Source of the DNA: a virus
Lineage: Duplodnaviria > Caudoviricetes
Length of the DNA: 64,000 nucleotides
Strand: one strand, 5' to 3'
Virus record (IMG/VR): IMGVR_UViG_3300023107_000002
Location: 4,746 to 68,745 of that record
Part shown: positions 27,130 through 36,652 of the stretch, one piece after another
How positions within the stretch are numbered: position 1 is the stretch's first letter
Layout of the letters: every line of letters begins with the position of its first letter
Program-made: the position numbers and the translations under genes
The notes under the pieces: generated by a model
What the model was told of the DNA's origin: nothing
What the model saw: the letters and a program-made list of their open reading frames with translations, nothing else
The model's database searches: none

Positions 27130-28197
27130 ATGAAACTAGCATCAGCAGAACGAATCTTAAAGATTGAACCAATCGAGGGAGCCGATTTAATCCAGAAGGC
27201 TACCGTGCTTGGTTGGGAACTGGTAATCAAGAAAGATGAATTCAAAGTCGGCGATCTGGCTGGCTACATCCAAATTGATACCGTTGCGCCTGAAACACCG
27301 CAATTTGAATTCCTGCGCGAAAGGAAGTTCCGTGTAAGGACTATCAAACTCAGAAAACAAATCAGTCAAGGCTTACTGGTTCCACTTCCTGAAGGAAAAT
27401 GGAAGGAAGCCGATGACCTAACCGATGCGCTTGGAGTTAAGAAGTTTTCCAAAGACAACGAGGTGGAAGTTCGCCCAAGAGTGCCGAAAGTCTGGTACAA
27501 GAAGTGGTGGTACATGTTCAAGTACAACGTATTGGTCAAAGTGTTTCCGGGCCTCAAAACTTTCAATCGGGTTGCCTTTCCTAAACATCTTGTTCCGATT
27601 ACGGACGAAGAAAGGATTCAGAACATTCCCGGCGTTCTGGAAACATACAAAGGCAGGGACTTCATTGTTTCTGAGAAGTTGGACGGAAGCAGTATCACCA
27701 TCATTCATGAAGTAAGCAGATTCGGCAAACACAAATACCGCGTTTGCTCCCGCAGGTTTGAACTGTTCAACACAAACAACGAATGGCATCGTGTAGTCAA
27801 GTCCACCGGTTTTGAAGAAAAAGTCAAGGCTATCTGCTATCACAAAGAAGTCGGGAGTAACAACGTCATCGTACAGGGTGAGTTCATCGGGCAACCACAA
27901 GGAAACAAGTACCAGTTGGAAGCGAACGAGATTCGGTTGTTCAACATCTACGTGAATGGTAAACGCCTCCCGCAAGATCAATTCTACCGCATCTGCGATG
28001 AACTCGAAATCCCATGCTGCCCGATGATCGGCAACCTGTCTTTAAACTTTACTCTACCAGAGATTATGCAATTCGCTGAAGGAAAATCACTGCTGAATAA
28101 AACGGCTGAGCGTGAGGGGTTAGTATTCCGATGCATTGACGACAACATGAGTTTCAAGGTGATCAGTAACAAATGGCTCTTAAAAAATCAGGAGTAG
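27130..28197 (+). CDS. RNA ligase (Rnl2/DRB0094-like)
   Basis: N-terminal LAS..RI..IEPIEGADLI; motif I SEKLDGSS; VQGEF; LFNIY; EREGLVFR; FKVISNKWLL. Confidence 0.92.
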   Translation: MKLASAERILKIEPIEGADLIQKATVLGWELVIKKDEFKVGDLAGYIQIDTVAPETPQFEFLRERKFRVRTIKLRKQISQGLLVPLPEGKWKEADDLTDALGVKKFSKDNEVEVRPRVPKVWYKKWWYMFKYNVLVKVFPGLKTFNRVAFPKHLVPITDEERIQNIPGVLETYKGRDFIVSEKLDGSSITIIHEVSRFGKHKYRVCSRRFELFNTNNEWHRVVKSTGFEEKVKAICYHKEVGSNNVIVQGEFIGQPQGNKYQLEANEIRLFNIYVNGKRLPQDQFYRICDELEIPCCPMIGNLSLNFTLPEIMQFAEGKSLLNKTAEREGLVFRCIDDNMSFKVISNKWLLKNQE

Positions 28198-28204
28198 TTA
28201 CCCC

Positions 28205-28414
28205 ATGCTCACCACCACCGCCCTATACCGCCGCGACAAATCGATTGAGATCCTGAAGCACCTAGCAAATGGGATGACACTCAAAGAAGCGGCTCAGGCA
28301 ACCAACGTCCACCACCGCACCTGCGAGAAGTACATGGAATACCTGCGGGGGAAGTACGGGGCGAAGAGTACCGGGCAGCTGATTTATTTGATGACTAAAA
28401 GTAATGCAATATGA
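28205..28414 (+). CDS. LuxR-type HTH protein
   Basis: EILKHLANGMTLKEAA...HHRTCEKYMEYLRGKYGAKS. Confidence 0.85.
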   Translation: MLTTTALYRRDKSIEILKHLANGMTLKEAAQATNVHHRTCEKYMEYLRGKYGAKSTGQLIYLMTKSNAI

Positions 28415-29145
28415 AAACGAATAAAGAAAGACCGATCCTGTTTTCGACGCCAATGATGCAAGCCATACTGGAAGGCAGGAAGACGCAGACGAGGCGGATT
28501 GTGAAGCCAATGGCGGGCAAACAGTCCGAATGGCTTACAGCGGAGATGATTACGCAATCCCCCAAACTAACCATCACAAAATCTCACGAAGGTGACGGCT
28601 ACGGCGAACTTGGCGTACAGATGGAACACCCGAAAGGTGGTCCGTTGGGATGGGTTAAATTTCCCTACGGTTCAATCGGCGATGTTTTGTGGGTGCGGGA
28701 GACATGGGCATTCATCGAAACAGCAGGCGACGAACCTGATGGCTACTTGGTTTACAAAGCCAGCAATGCCTTCGCTGGGAAATGGCGCCCCTCCATCTTT
28801 ATGCCTCGCGCAGCCTGCAGAATCAAACTCGAAATAACAGACATCAAGATTGAGCGGTTGAAATCAATCACTGAAGCCGATGCCATTGCGGAAGGCGCAT
28901 TCTTCACAGATTACGGAAGGATTTGTTTTCATAATGGAAGCGTCAGCGAAGTAGGCGATTGCCCAGCCCCCGTATTACATCATCCACTCAAAAACGGTTG
29001 GTCACTTGTAAAAACAACGCATCCTGATCAATGTCTTGGTTCAGCTCGATCCGCATTCGGCAACCTATGGGGCAAAATAAACGGCGCCGAATCATGGGAA
29101 CAAAATCCTTTTGTCTGGGCAATCACCTTCAAACGTATCGTATGA
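28411..29145 (+). CDS. ASCH/PUA-like conserved phage protein
   Basis: ERPILFSTPMMQAILEGRKTQTRR...GDVLWVRETW...WRPSIFMPRAACRI...NPFVWAITF. Confidence 0.88.
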   Translation: MKTNKERPILFSTPMMQAILEGRKTQTRRIVKPMAGKQSEWLTAEMITQSPKLTITKSHEGDGYGELGVQMEHPKGGPLGWVKFPYGSIGDVLWVRETWAFIETAGDEPDGYLVYKASNAFAGKWRPSIFMPRAACRIKLEITDIKIERLKSITEADAIAEGAFFTDYGRICFHNGSVSEVGDCPAPVLHHPLKNGWSLVKTTHPDQCLGSARSAFGNLWGKINGAESWEQNPFVWAITFKRIV

Positions 29146-29441
29146 ACAAATGCTACATCACCGGCAAGATTACCGGGTTAACGGAAAACGAGTACACAGG
29201 CATGTTTCAGGAAGCGCAACACGAAGTTTGCAAACTCGGCCTCATTCCAGTATCTCCGCTAAACCTCCCACACAACCACGGCAAGACATGGTCCGAATTC
29301 ATGCGGGAAGATCTGAAAGCCATGCTCGACTGCACCCACGTCTATGCTTTGTCGAATTGGCGGCAATCACCGGGAGCGACGATTGAGATGAACCTGGCGC
29401 TTTCGCTCGGGCTGAATATTATTCATCAGGAAAACTCGTAA
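29142..29441 (+). CDS. DUF4406 protein (nucleoside deoxyribosyltransferase-like fold)
   Basis: YITGKITG...WSEFMREDLKAMLDC..VYAL.NWRQSPGATIE; start at ATG 29142. Confidence 0.88.
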   Translation: MNKCYITGKITGLTENEYTGMFQEAQHEVCKLGLIPVSPLNLPHNHGKTWSEFMREDLKAMLDCTHVYALSNWRQSPGATIEMNLALSLGLNIIHQENS

Positions 29442-29444
29442 GAC

Positions 29445-29879
29445 ATGCCCGGTAGCCTCCTAACCGAAAAAGAACAGCTTTACATCCATGCCAACTACAA
29501 GTTGCAGACCATCAATTTCATGGCGCTGGTCCTTGGAAGAGACCGGGCAACGGTTTCGACTTGTGTACATGCGCTAAGAAAGCGGTCAGAGAAAACGCTA
29601 CACTTTTTTGAAATATGGATTTCAGGCAAGCATGTCGAGGATATTACAAAAGATGAGGAGCTAACCGACTTCCAGCAGCTTTCAAATATCCATGAGAAGT
29701 ACAAACTGGACTTCGCTACCCGGCCATACTACATCTACAAACGAATCAGGGCAAGGTTACCTGAATACATCGAACCAACTAAACCTTATCCGCTCCGGCC
29801 TGTGCCAGAGGGCTACACAGAAAGAAAAATTGATCACAAAATTCCTAAACATCAACCGCTCGTAAGGGCAAAATGGTAA
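29445..29879 (+). CDS. Hypothetical protein with possible N-terminal HTH
   Basis: MALVLGRDRATVS. Confidence 0.6.
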   Translation: MPGSLLTEKEQLYIHANYKLQTINFMALVLGRDRATVSTCVHALRKRSEKTLHFFEIWISGKHVEDITKDEELTDFQQLSNIHEKYKLDFATRPYYIYKRIRARLPEYIEPTKPYPLRPVPEGYTERKIDHKIPKHQPLVRAKW

Positions 29880-29883
29880 AAAA

Positions 29884-30321
29884 ATGCAAAAACAACTAGA
29901 ACTCGTAAAACAATGGAACGATGCATTTGGTGTGGCATATCCTGACCAGCCTACCCCGCTTGATCCGAAAGCCGCAAGGTTCCGCTACATCCTGATGAAA
30001 GAGGAACTGAACGAATGGCAACACGAAGCGCTGTTTGACGGTCCGGTAACGAACAGGGCGAAGGAATTGGCTGATCTGGTCTGGGTTGCACTGGGAACCG
30101 TGATCCAAGAAGGCTTGCAGGATCAGTTTGAGAAGGTTTTCCAGGCTGTGTATGTGAGTAACATGAGTAAGCTGGGCGATGATGGCAAGCCGACGTATAG
30201 GGACGACGGAAAAATCAACAAAGGACCGAATTACGTTAAGGCTGATCTTTCATTCCTCACAGAACACCCGCCATTGTCAATACGGGGCGAATCCCAGCCC
30301 TCAAACCTTCCAAACGGGTAA
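29884..30321 (+). CDS. MazG/PRA-PH-like NTP pyrophosphohydrolase
   Basis: LMKEELNE...KELADLVWV...VYVSNMSKLGDDGKP..RDDGKI.KGPNY. Confidence 0.9.
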   Translation: MQKQLELVKQWNDAFGVAYPDQPTPLDPKAARFRYILMKEELNEWQHEALFDGPVTNRAKELADLVWVALGTVIQEGLQDQFEKVFQAVYVSNMSKLGDDGKPTYRDDGKINKGPNYVKADLSFLTEHPPLSIRGESQPSNLPNG

Positions 30322-30373
30322 ACACATCAAACAACCACAAACACGCCGATTTGAGGCGGTAAAATTGAGAAGT

Positions 30374-30634
30374 ATGAATGAAGAAAATAGAATGGAGATC
30401 AAGGTAACCAATAACGATCCGATTGAAAACGCGAAAACCTACACTATTTGGACTATACAGGATATGGTGAACAGTCTGACCAGCGACAGGATCGACGGTT
30501 TTATGAAGGATTTTGAGATTGGATTGAGGTCGATTGTGATGGCGAATGACATTGCTAGAGCCGTCAGCGAACAAAATCTTATTGCTCACCCGATGATCTG
30601 GACAGACGATCACAAGCCAACCACCACCCCATGA
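30374..30634 (+). CDS. Hypothetical protein
   Basis: Start moved from 30179 to 30374. Confidence 0.6.
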   Translation: MNEENRMEIKVTNNDPIENAKTYTIWTIQDMVNSLTSDRIDGFMKDFEIGLRSIVMANDIARAVSEQNLIAHPMIWTDDHKPTTTP

Positions 30635-30804
30635 TAAAAACAATCGACGCTTACGTGCTGAAGTGTGACGGCTGCAGCAAAGAATACCCCGACATCTGGC
30701 TCAACGAAAAACAGGCGAAGAAAGAGGCTGAAGATGCTGGTTGGTTTATAGCCAAGGGTATCGAGTTGTGCCCAATTTGCAGGGAGAAGATGGAGGAGAA
30801 TTAA
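30631..30804 (+). CDS. Small zinc-finger protein (57 aa), not in ORF track
   Basis: CDGC...AGW...CPIC; ATGA overlap. Confidence 0.7.
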   Translation: MIKTIDAYVLKCDGCSKEYPDIWLNEKQAKKEAEDAGWFIAKGIELCPICREKMEEN

Positions 30805-30821
30805 AAAAAAATCAAACAACA

Positions 30822-31070
30822 ATGAGCAAACGCAAAACGGCTGAAGAGATAATCAAAGAAAAGTTCAAGACCCCGCCATCACAAGGGTATAACCCCGTTC
30901 TCGAAGCCATCCGCGAAGGCATGAGGCAGGAACGGGACGCGGCTTTGGAGTGGGCGGCGGAACAGGCAAGGATAGAGGTAATTCGAAAAGAGGGATGGAA
31001 CACCGCCTACAGGGTTAATAAAGAAACAATCCTATCCGGCAAAACCTCCCCTGAACTCGAAATCATATGA
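30822..31070 (+). CDS. Hypothetical protein
   Basis: A-rich start at 30822. Confidence 0.6.
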   Translation: MSKRKTAEEIIKEKFKTPPSQGYNPVLEAIREGMRQERDAALEWAAEQARIEVIRKEGWNTAYRVNKETILSGKTSPELEII

Positions 31071-31228
31071 CCTACACCTACAAATCCAACAACTAAACCC
31101 TCATCTCCACCGGCCTCATGAAAGTCTACGGCCACTGGATCGAGTGCGTGATTTACCAGGATAGCAAGGGGAAGACCTACGTCCGGGCGAAAGATGATTT
31201 TTTTGAGAAGTTTAAACCTTTGACATGA
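31067..31228 (+). pseudogene. DUF1653-like small gene with in-frame TAA at codon 10
   Basis: MTYTYKSNN*TLISTGLMKVYGHWIECVIYQDSKGKTYVRAKDDFFEKFKPLT; TAA at 31094-31096. Confidence 0.6.
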
Positions 31229-31315
31229 AGCGAAAACTACCACTCGAAACGAAGATAAAAAAAGCATTGAAAAAAGCAGCACAACAAGCAGGGTTCAGAG
31301 TAAAAGCAATAAACC

Positions 31316-31666
31316 ATGAAAATACAATTTATTTCACCGAAAAGGCCAGATCCGAAAACGCTGAACTTCGCCAAGAACGGAGCGGTTTATTTTAAAAAAG
31401 AAGACGCAGAAAAGTTTGGATTCATTGACGAGGAACTGTTGTCAATTGGAACCGATAGCGACGATCCAAAAAACGAATATTTCTACATCATTCGTCCGGG
31501 AACAGGGGCAAATATTGACGGATATAAACTTAAGCGGCGTGCTGGTAGTTGGTATCTCCAAATAATGTATGCATTAAATCAGTTAAATATCAAGTATCCT
31601 GCAAGATATGAGTATGAAATCTTTGAAGATGAAATACATAAAGGATTTAAAATAAGGGTTAAATAA
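31316..31666 (+). CDS. Hypothetical protein
   Basis: Good start context. Confidence 0.65.
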   Translation: MKIQFISPKRPDPKTLNFAKNGAVYFKKEDAEKFGFIDEELLSIGTDSDDPKNEYFYIIRPGTGANIDGYKLKRRAGSWYLQIMYALNQLNIKYPARYEYEIFEDEIHKGFKIRVK

Positions 31667-31676
31667 AATCCACCTC

Positions 31677-31889
31677 ATGACAAAACAATATCTCACGCCT
31701 AAAGCAATCTGGCGAGAAACCGGGATCACACAACGCCAGCTGCAACATGCCAGAAAACGTAAATACTTGACCGACGTAAAAGAAACAGTTGGCGGTAGGC
31801 TTTATTATTTTACTATTGAAGAAGTGTGTAAAGTATTCCCGACAGCTAAACAGCCCGACAATATCGCCAACTACGTCACGAAAGGATAG
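31677..31889 (+). CDS. Small HTH (MerR/Xis-like) protein
   Basis: YLTPKAIWRETGITQRQLQHARKR. Confidence 0.65.
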   Translation: MTKQYLTPKAIWRETGITQRQLQHARKRKYLTDVKETVGGRLYYFTIEEVCKVFPTAKQPDNIANYVTKG

Positions 31890-31929
31890 CTGCTAACTAT
31901 TATAAAGTAGATAGCCTGAACTTCACGCT

Positions 31930-32631
31930 GTGAAGTTTTTACCTCTACTTTTATTGTCGATTCTCCTCTCCTGCAAGTCAGACCTCACCACTCCTGACAA
32001 ACCCTGCTTTCTCCGAACTCAGTACGCAGCTGGAAATTCCTTCACAGCCGGACCCGGAGCCATCTCTTACCCGATCCAACTTGGCGTCCTGCTCAATCAA
32101 GATAAAATGACTGTCGGAGGGTTCGAGGGAGTGCATCAATTGCATCTGGAAAACAATTCGGTCATAAACGGTGGAGTGTCAGGAGCGACCAGTACTGAAA
32201 TCGCTGACAGTTATTTAGCAGACCCTCGCAGATTCGGTCGCAGCCTGATCATAGAGGCCGGACGCAATAACGCATGGGAGCAGGATAAGATCATTGCAGA
32301 TATCGACCGCATGATCGAAGGAAGAGAAGATTACGTCGTGCTTGAAATATTGAACGGGACGTGGGTATCGGAACAAAAGGGTACCCCGTATTACAACAAC
32401 CTGGCTGAACTCAATCTACGCCTGGCAATCAAGCATAAACAACATTTCATTTCAATTAAACCATATCTGCAGTCATTCTCCCTTCCATCCGATTTGATCT
32501 ACATCGAACGGGATCAGGTGCCGCAATCGCTGTTAATTGATTCACTCCACCTCAATACAACCGGATATAAGCATTACGCTGAGGCGATTGCAAAGGCGGT
32601 GAGGGTTTGTGATAATACAAGTAACCTATGA
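31930..32631 (+). CDS. SGNH hydrolase lipoprotein (putative esterase)
   Basis: Lipobox LLLSILLS|C; AGNSF, GGVSG, EAGRNN, DSLH blocks. Confidence 0.85.
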   Translation: MKFLPLLLLSILLSCKSDLTTPDKPCFLRTQYAAGNSFTAGPGAISYPIQLGVLLNQDKMTVGGFEGVHQLHLENNSVINGGVSGATSTEIADSYLADPRRFGRSLIIEAGRNNAWEQDKIIADIDRMIEGREDYVVLEILNGTWVSEQKGTPYYNNLAELNLRLAIKHKQHFISIKPYLQSFSLPSDLIYIERDQVPQSLLIDSLHLNTTGYKHYAEAIAKAVRVCDNTSNL

Positions 32632-34085
32632 ATATACCAAACGTAATATTTCAGGAACCGCTAGTTATCAAGAAGGGCGGTAAATATACCGGCAACTACA
32701 AATCTACAGATCCGGCTATTCCTGCCATCTGGATATGGACTAGCGAACCTGTAGAAATAACCGGCTGTATAATTGTCGCTGCTGGTAACGGCATTCATTT
32801 CGGTGGTGGCGGACAGTTCAATGTTCATCACAATTCGATCTACGGCATTTACCCTTCTGACACTTCAAAGATGAAAGGCAGGGCAGTTTACTCTTATCAG
32901 CCCAAATCAGCTGTGATCGAAAACAACTACTGCGAAAATACAGGCGGTGGATTCTTTCTTGAACAAACCGAAACACCGGCAACGCTCGTTAGGATCAGGT
33001 ACAACCAGGTAAAGAACATTGATAAACGTACTGGCGCCAACGTCAACGGACCGGAACATAGAGCGGGCATCATGCTTTCTTCCGTCGTGAAGGTGAAAGA
33101 ATGCGAGATTGCCTGGAACGAGATCATAAACGAAGCAGGTAATTCGTCTGTAGAAGATATTATCAACATTTTCAATTCATCCGGCCTTGCAGATAGCCCG
33201 ATAAAAATTAACAACAATTACCTGGACGGCGCCTTCCCTTTCCCGCTTTCTGCTGATTCATTCTCTGGATCAGGTTTGACAGTTGATGGCGATCCTGGTA
33301 AAAATACACTTGATACCGTTTCGGCTTACATAAATGCATATGACAATCAGATCATTCGCACATGTAACGCCGCCGCGAATATTGCTGCAGGCCACGATGT
33401 GAAGTTTTATAACAACACGATGGTCAGTTCAGGTAAATATCCTGATGGCACACAGTCTTACCGGTTTTGGGGTGGTTGCTGCATTTTTGATGGATCGAAG
33501 GTTGGAGCCAGCGTCTTCACTCGCAACAGCATCAAGGGTAACACCATCGGGTACGCACGTCCCGGCATAAACGTTCCTTTTAAAGATCGTCAGGACTGGG
33601 TGGTTGAACCAAATACACCTTCAGATATTGCAGTAAAGGCGGCCGACAATACCTCATTGCCAAACCCGATTACTAAGGCAACAGAAGATGCAGAGTTGCC
33701 TAAATGGATTGCGAAGCTTGCTGCCAATAAAATAAAGATTGGCAATACCGAAAATACTGCCGTTGTCATTCCTGAGCCTAAGCCAACCGAGAAGTCGTTC
33801 ATGATTGGGGAAGTATTAAAAGCCACTATTACAGCGGTTGATGATGCACAAAAGCCCGTTTCTTACAAAGTAGGGACAATCACTATTACCGGAGATGCAT
33901 TGACGGGTGTTATCAAAGACACCGCTGATGAGAAGTCGTTCAGCCTGAAGGCAATTAATGCTGGCACGTCCACTCTTACAATCTCGCTGCAGAACCTGTA
34001 CGGCGAAACGATCACGAAGACAATAACGGTTACCGTAACGCCTGCACTGGACAGAGCAACAGGAATTTTGATCAACTGGCAATGA
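32628..34085 (+). CDS. Right-handed beta-helix protein with C-terminal Ig-like domain
   Basis: Repeats IENNYCE, IAWNEIIN, INNNYLDG, FYNNTMV; C-terminal beta-sandwich with a TKTITVTV strand. Confidence 0.75.
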   Translation: MNIPNVIFQEPLVIKKGGKYTGNYKSTDPAIPAIWIWTSEPVEITGCIIVAAGNGIHFGGGGQFNVHHNSIYGIYPSDTSKMKGRAVYSYQPKSAVIENNYCENTGGGFFLEQTETPATLVRIRYNQVKNIDKRTGANVNGPEHRAGIMLSSVVKVKECEIAWNEIINEAGNSSVEDIINIFNSSGLADSPIKINNNYLDGAFPFPLSADSFSGSGLTVDGDPGKNTLDTVSAYINAYDNQIIRTCNAAANIAAGHDVKFYNNTMVSSGKYPDGTQSYRFWGGCCIFDGSKVGASVFTRNSIKGNTIGYARPGINVPFKDRQDWVVEPNTPSDIAVKAADNTSLPNPITKATEDAELPKWIAKLAANKIKIGNTENTAVVIPEPKPTEKSFMIGEVLKATITAVDDAQKPVSYKVGTITITGDALTGVIKDTADEKSFSLKAINAGTSTLTISLQNLYGETITKTITVTVTPALDRATGILINWQ

Positions 34086-34393
34086 AGCGCGACTTATTAA
34101 AACGTGATATTATGATTAATACCAAGAGCGACGAGGAGGAGGATTACGAAGATATTACGATTGAAGAGTTGTTGCCAGTATGGCGAGAAAATGGGAAATA
34201 TTATGGCTATCCTACTTGCTGCATTGAAGACTTATGTGACCGCGGATTTGACAAGGAACCATCGCCTGAACAAATAAAAGCAAGCTCATTCTCTGGTTTT
34301 GTGCCTTGTGTTGATTGCTCAAAGAAAGTGAACGAGGGGTTGCCTCTGCAATCTTTAATTACTGATAGAAGATGCAAAACGCCATTCCAATGA
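34082..34393 (+). CDS. Hypothetical Cys-containing protein
   Basis: GKYYGYPTCCI...GFVPCVDC motif. Confidence 0.65.
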   Translation: MKRDLLKRDIMINTKSDEEEDYEDITIEELLPVWRENGKYYGYPTCCIEDLCDRGFDKEPSPEQIKASSFSGFVPCVDCSKKVNEGLPLQSLITDRRCKTPFQ

Positions 34394-34484
34394 AACGCGA
34401 CCCGTCCGAATATCTCTTTCTCGCTGTATGCTGGTTGATTTGTGCCGGACTGGTATTTCTCATCCTTAAATCCATCGAAGCATC

Positions 34485-34673
34485 ATGAACCGCATCGAAC
34501 AACTTGAAGCCGAGATCCGCGAATACGAACTGCGAAAAGAAGAGATCAATACGAATCTCACGAACATGATCAACAACGCGCATTACCGGAAGATAGAGAT
34601 TGACGAGATGATAGAGAATAAGAAGCGGTTGATTGAGCGGTATAGGAAAGAGCCAACCGAACCGCTATACTGA
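34485..34673 (+). CDS. Small coiled-coil protein
   Basis: Heptad pattern. Confidence 0.55.
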   Translation: MNRIEQLEAEIREYELRKEEINTNLTNMINNAHYRKIEIDEMIENKKRLIERYRKEPTEPLY

Positions 34674-34928
34674 TTTCCCGTCGATCAGGTAGTCATAAGA
34701 AACATTGAACTTTCGAACGATACGCCGTAAAACATCAAATAAAGGCAATTGGAGCCCTACTTCGATCTGTTTAACCTTAGATTCACTCACGCCGCAGATC
34801 TTCGAAAATTCAGCCTGTGTGTAGCCTTCTTTGATCCTTACAGCACGAACCCGCTTACAGATGGCAACATTAGCCTTTGAATGAGTTGAATTCGGGTTTA
34901 ACTGGAACCCTTCAGATTTCTTTGGCAT
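34665..34928 (-). CDS. XRE-family HTH regulator
   Basis: RVRAVRIKEGYTQAEFSKICGVSESKVKQIE...FNVSYDYLIDG. Confidence 0.9.
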   Translation of the reverse strand: MPKKSEGFQLNPNSTHSKANVAICKRVRAVRIKEGYTQAEFSKICGVSESKVKQIEVGLQLPLFDVLRRIVRKFNVSYDYLIDGKSV

Positions 34929-34943
34929 TGGTAATTCAAGATT

Positions 34944-35300
34944 ATGACGCTACAACTCATAGAAAAAGCAATCAGACCACAGTTCGTATGGGCAGAGCAT
35001 CCCCGTCGTAGGCTTCAAACTTCCGAAAATAGGGGAAAAAACACAGGCTTCGCTATGGTGATCTTTATCGGTATCGCCGAATCGTTCAATATACCTGCAA
35101 AAGAAACCGCTCAATACCTGGATATCGGATCTCCTGAATACGAACGAAAGAGCCTGTTCTACGCCCGTCATTGGGAAGTCGCGATGCAGCGCAAGGAGCA
35201 GGGGACGCTGTGTAAAGGGAAGCAGAAAGACCGGACAGATTGTGTCTGGCTTAAAACAAAACTCACTTTAAACGCCCTGAACTCCCTGCAACGAATGTAG
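34944..35300 (+). CDS. Hypothetical protein, possible HTH regulator
   Basis: IPAKETAQYLDI; divergent from XRE gene. Confidence 0.55.
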   Translation: MTLQLIEKAIRPQFVWAEHPRRRLQTSENRGKNTGFAMVIFIGIAESFNIPAKETAQYLDIGSPEYERKSLFYARHWEVAMQRKEQGTLCKGKQKDRTDCVWLKTKLTLNALNSLQRM

Positions 35301-35319
35301 GTTACGTATTGTAACTGGC

Positions 35320-35700
35320 CTATACTGCTTTGAGGGCATCTCGTAACCGCTGGATATCTTCCGGAACGTCTTCTTCCAGCACTTTGATTCTTTTTGGTTT
35401 TCGGTCATACCTGAGCTTTACTTCCACTCTGCAGCCGCAGGTCTGTGCAATCCGTTCGAGCGTTTCCAGCGTAATGTTTAGCTCACCTCTTTCTAATTTT
35501 GCGATCTGATTAACCTTGTGGGTGCCTTCTGGCATCTTAGCCCAGTAATTTAACCCGAGCTGAGTCATGTTTGCTCTTGAACGAGCGATGGCAATAGCTT
35601 TGCCGATTTCCTTTAGGAGTTTTGATGTCACCATGTTAGTTTTTGCCTGTTTGATTTCCGGTAGGTGACCGGATTTAAAAACGCTTTTTTGAAAAAGCAA
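35320..35700 (-). CDS. XRE-family HTH protein
   Basis: IGKAIAIARSRANMTQ...QIAKLERGELNITLETLERIAQ. Confidence 0.8.
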   Translation of the reverse strand: MLFQKSVFKSGHLPEIKQAKTNMVTSKLLKEIGKAIAIARSRANMTQLGLNYWAKMPEGTHKVNQIAKLERGELNITLETLERIAQTCGCRVEVKLRYDRKPKRIKVLEEDVPEDIQRLRDALKAV

Positions 35701-35705
35701 TAAAT

Positions 35706-36059
35706 CTAAGATAGTAGAAATTTCTTGTAGTAGCCTTTATGCAAATCAATTTTCTCTTTTTGAAAGAATTGCCCGGCATTTTTTAGGAAGTTTTGAATTT
35801 GCGCATCCGTTCCATTATTCACCTCGATATGCCTTCCTGAGACAAACGACCCTGAAAATTGGATCAAAATACTATAACCTGGAACAGATGCTACCGGCCA
35901 TGTGGAATTGGCCATGGATGATAGATAGGCATCATTGTCTTTAAACGTCAAAACCCTTCCGATATAGAAAGGGGCAGATGTTTCAATGATAAACCCGGCT
36001 CCGTCGATGACGTGCCGGGCTTCTGCAAATATGTATGGGGTCTTTAGGGTTGGGTGCAT
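35706..36059 (-). CDS. Hypothetical protein
   Basis: GFIIETSAPFYIGRV. Confidence 0.65.
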   Translation of the reverse strand: MHPTLKTPYIFAEARHVIDGAGFIIETSAPFYIGRVLTFKDNDAYLSSMANSTWPVASVPGYSILIQFSGSFVSGRHIEVNNGTDAQIQNFLKNAGQFFQKEKIDLHKGYYKKFLLS

Positions 36060-36376
36060 ATTCTTTCAAGTTTTATCACGTCTCTGTGCCATTTGTCTGT
36101 CTGTAGATGATTTTGCCTGTCGTAAAGCTCAATCTTTCCGCCTGGTTTTGTTCCTACCACTTCTAAGACGCATTCCCCCCTTTTAAACTTGTCGCCAATT
36201 CTTATTGTTGTATTTGGAACTTCAGTTTCTATCTCGAATAGGTAAAAATTATTGCCAGCACTTACGTACTTATAAGGGCGAAGGTAATAGGCAGTAGGAT
36301 AATTTTTAGCGGCAATTTCAACTGCTTCTTTCTTTGATGAAGCGAAAATGACGTGTTGAATGTATTTGTATTGCAT
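36044..36376 (-). CDS. Hypothetical protein
   Basis: Preceded by conserved leader motif. Confidence 0.6.
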   Translation of the reverse strand: MQYKYIQHVIFASSKKEAVEIAAKNYPTAYYLRPYKYVSAGNNFYLFEIETEVPNTTIRIGDKFKRGECVLEVVGTKPGGKIELYDRQNHLQTDKWHRDVIKLERICTQP

Positions 36377-36428
36377 CTTTTTATCGCCCCTTTACAGTGG
36401 GCATCTGATTTTATAGTTGTGAAATTAC

Positions 36429-36587
36429 TTATTCTGGTTTATAAGTCAAAATGTAAGTCTTGCCAAACATTTGCACCTTTGTTATACCCGGCAGAATCCA
36501 ACCTTCTTTGATTGCCTTTCTCACTGCCTGTGTTGAGATCCCGCGAATCTCTGCGTATTGAGTGACTGTAATTTGTTGCGCTTTCAT
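36429..36587 (-). CDS. Small HTH protein (52 aa), not in ORF track
   Basis: MKAQQITVTQYAEIRGISTQAVRKAIKEG; GAAA-tetraloop hairpin upstream. Confidence 0.7.
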   Translation of the reverse strand: MKAQQITVTQYAEIRGISTQAVRKAIKEGWILPGITKVQMFGKTYILTYKPE

Positions 36588-36652
36588 GGTTCTAGTTTGT
36601 TTACTGCCTTTCGGCAGTCATCACAATTTGAGGGACTTTGAACCCGTAGAAC

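Noticed and set aside
30278-30290. 13-bp match CAATACGGGGCGA to the 5' end of the tRNA mimic
   Set aside because: Tens of 13-mer matches are expected by chance in 64 kb, and no T-arm or acceptor partner follows.
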